Assembly: GCF_902459465.1 (NCBI RefSeq)
Contig: NC_047063.1
Location: forward strand, 2,170,001 to 2,234,000
Length of the DNA: 64,000 nt
Direction: 5' to 3'
DNA from: Asterias rubens
Taxonomy: Eukaryota
In this document: positions 62,331 to 64,000 of the stretch, one piece after another
Position numbering within the stretch: position 1 is the stretch's first letter
How the letters are laid out: every line of letters begins with the position of its first letter
The notes under the pieces: generated by a model
Databases searched by the model: none
Seen by the model: only the letters and a program-made list of their open reading frames with translations
What the model was told of the DNA's origin: nothing
Position numbers and translations under genes: made by a program

Positions 62331-64000
62331 TGGTTTGGCCAGAACTGGCCCAGATCTAACACCATCTAAGATGGTGTGGCCAGACCTGGCCCAGTTATAG
62401 CTTCATTTATCCTGGTTTAATCAGACCTGGCCCAGATTAGAAATGGTCTTACCTGGTAAGGCCAGACCTGGCCCAGATACAGCATGATCGAATCTAGTTT
62501 TGCCAGACGTGGCCCAGATCTGATATGGTGTATCTTGGTTTTGCCAGACCGGGCCAAGATCTAACATCATCTAAGATGGTGAGGCCAAACCTGGCCCAAA
62601 CATAGCATGATCTAATTGGTTTAACCAGACCTGAACCAGATCGGGCATGATCTCACCTGCTTTAAGTAGATCTGGCCAAGATAAAAAATGATCTAACTTA
62701 GTTTGGCCAGACCTGGCCCAGATAAACCATCATCTTTAATGGTGTGGCCAGACCAGCCCCAGTTATAGCTTCATTTATCCTGGTTTGGCCAGAACTGGCC
62801 CAGATCAGGAATGATCTTACCTGGTAAAGCCAGACCTGGCCCAGATACAGCATGATCGAATCTAGTTTTGCCAGACGTGGCCCAGATCTGATGGTGTATC
62901 TTGGTTTTGCCAGACCGGGCCAAGATCTATTAACATCTAAGATGGTGAGGCCAAACCTGGCCCAAACATAGCATGATCTAATTTGGTTTAACCAGACCTG
63001 ACCCAGATCAGGCATGATTTCACCTGCTTTACTAGACCTGGCCCAGATCAGAAATGATCTAACTCGATTAACCGGACCTGAACCAGATCGGGCATGATCT
63101 CACCTGCTTTAAGTAGATCTGGCCAAGATAAAAAATGATCTAACTTAGTTTGGCCAGACCTGGCCCAGATAAACCATCATCTTAAATGGTGTGGCCAGAC
63201 CTGGCCCAGTTATAGCATCATTTATCCTGGTTTGGCCAGAACTGGCCCAGATCAAGAATGATTTCACCTGCTTTAACTAGACCTGGCCCAGATCAGAAAT
63301 GATCTAACTTAGTTTGGCCAGACCTGGCCCAGATATTACATCATCTTAAATGGTGTGGCCATACCTAGCCCAGATATAGCTTCATTTTTCCTGGTTTGGC
63401 CAGAACTGGCCCAGATCAAGAATGATTTCACCTGCTTTAACTAGACCTGGCCCAGATCAGAAATGATCTAACTTAGTTTGGCCAGACCTGGCCCAGATAT
63501 TACATCATCTTAAATGGTGTGGCCAGACCTAGCCCAGATATAGCTTCATTTTTCCTGGTTTGGCCAGAACTGGTCCAGATCAGGAATGATCTCACCAGGT
63601 TCGGCCAGACCTGGCCCAGGTCAAACATGACCTAACCTGGTTTGGCAACATCTGGCCCAGATATAAAATCCTCTTAAATGGTTTTGCCAGACCTGACCTA
63701 GATCAGGAATGATCTTAACTGGTTTTGCCAGACCTGGCCCAGATTAGAAATGATCTAACCTGGTTAGGCCAGATCTGGCCCAGAACAGACATGATCTTCC
63801 CTGCTTTGGCCACACCTGGCCCAGATCTGACATGATTTAACATGGTTTACCCGGACCTGGCCGAGATCTAACATAATCTACCATGGTTTCACCGGACCTG
63901 GCCCAGATTTGACATGATATAACATGGTTTAACCGGACCTGGCCCAGATCTGACATGATATAACATGGTTTAACCGGACCTGGCCCAGATCTGACATAAT
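62331..64000. repeat. 41-bp tandem array with higher-order structure (core CCAGACCTGGCCCAGATC), right subterminal array
   Basis: About 40 units to window edge, e.g. ccggacctggcccagatctgacatgatataacatggtttaa; variable ~24-nt portion; multi-unit blocks recur. Confidence 0.95.

Larger units (their letters stand above)
43018..64000 (-). mobile_element. Large CACTA/EnSpm (CMC)-type DNA transposon, >=21 kb, right end outside window
   Basis: Starts CCCAGCTAGCC directly before the 24-bp array; contains a transposase and a DUF4806-type gene in the same orientation; the 41-bp array at 62331-64000 carries the same core motif inverted. Confidence 0.7.

Noticed and set aside
62331-64000. CRISPR array
   Set aside because: Eukaryotic context, no cas genes, and the spacer-like parts are homologous to each other and repeat in blocks; this is a minisatellite.

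Overview
AT-rich, intron-containing eukaryotic DNA. The repeat families, a clan-2 CYP pair and an NLR suggest a marine invertebrate deuterostome, probably a sea star (inference). All host genes lie on the minus strand. Left to right: (1) a decayed Gmr1-like Ty3/Gypsy gag-protease remnant; (2) the last six exons of an N-acylglucosamine 2-epimerase (RENBP-like) gene whose 5' exons I cannot find; (3) two tandem 4-exon clan-2 cytochrome P450s, one a triple-lesion pseudogene and one intact (512 aa), both with an atypical I-helix (IP[DE]QGDT); (4) a Penelope 3' fragment with a minimal hammerhead ribozyme; (5) many TTAA-flanked Kolobok-type MITEs and a ~1 kb segmental duplicate; (6) a NACHT-LRR (NLR) gene whose linker exon is split 2 nt after its acceptor by a near-complete L2-group LINE; (7) from 43018 to beyond the window end, an apparent >=21 kb CACTA/EnSpm-type transposon. 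That element has an intact 771-aa transposase, a spliced DUF4806-type accessory gene, and two different terminal arrays (24 bp and 41 bp) built on the same palindromic core in inverted orientation. Exon coordinates were derived by hand from GT-AG sites and frame continuity. Family names come from motif recognition, not database searches.
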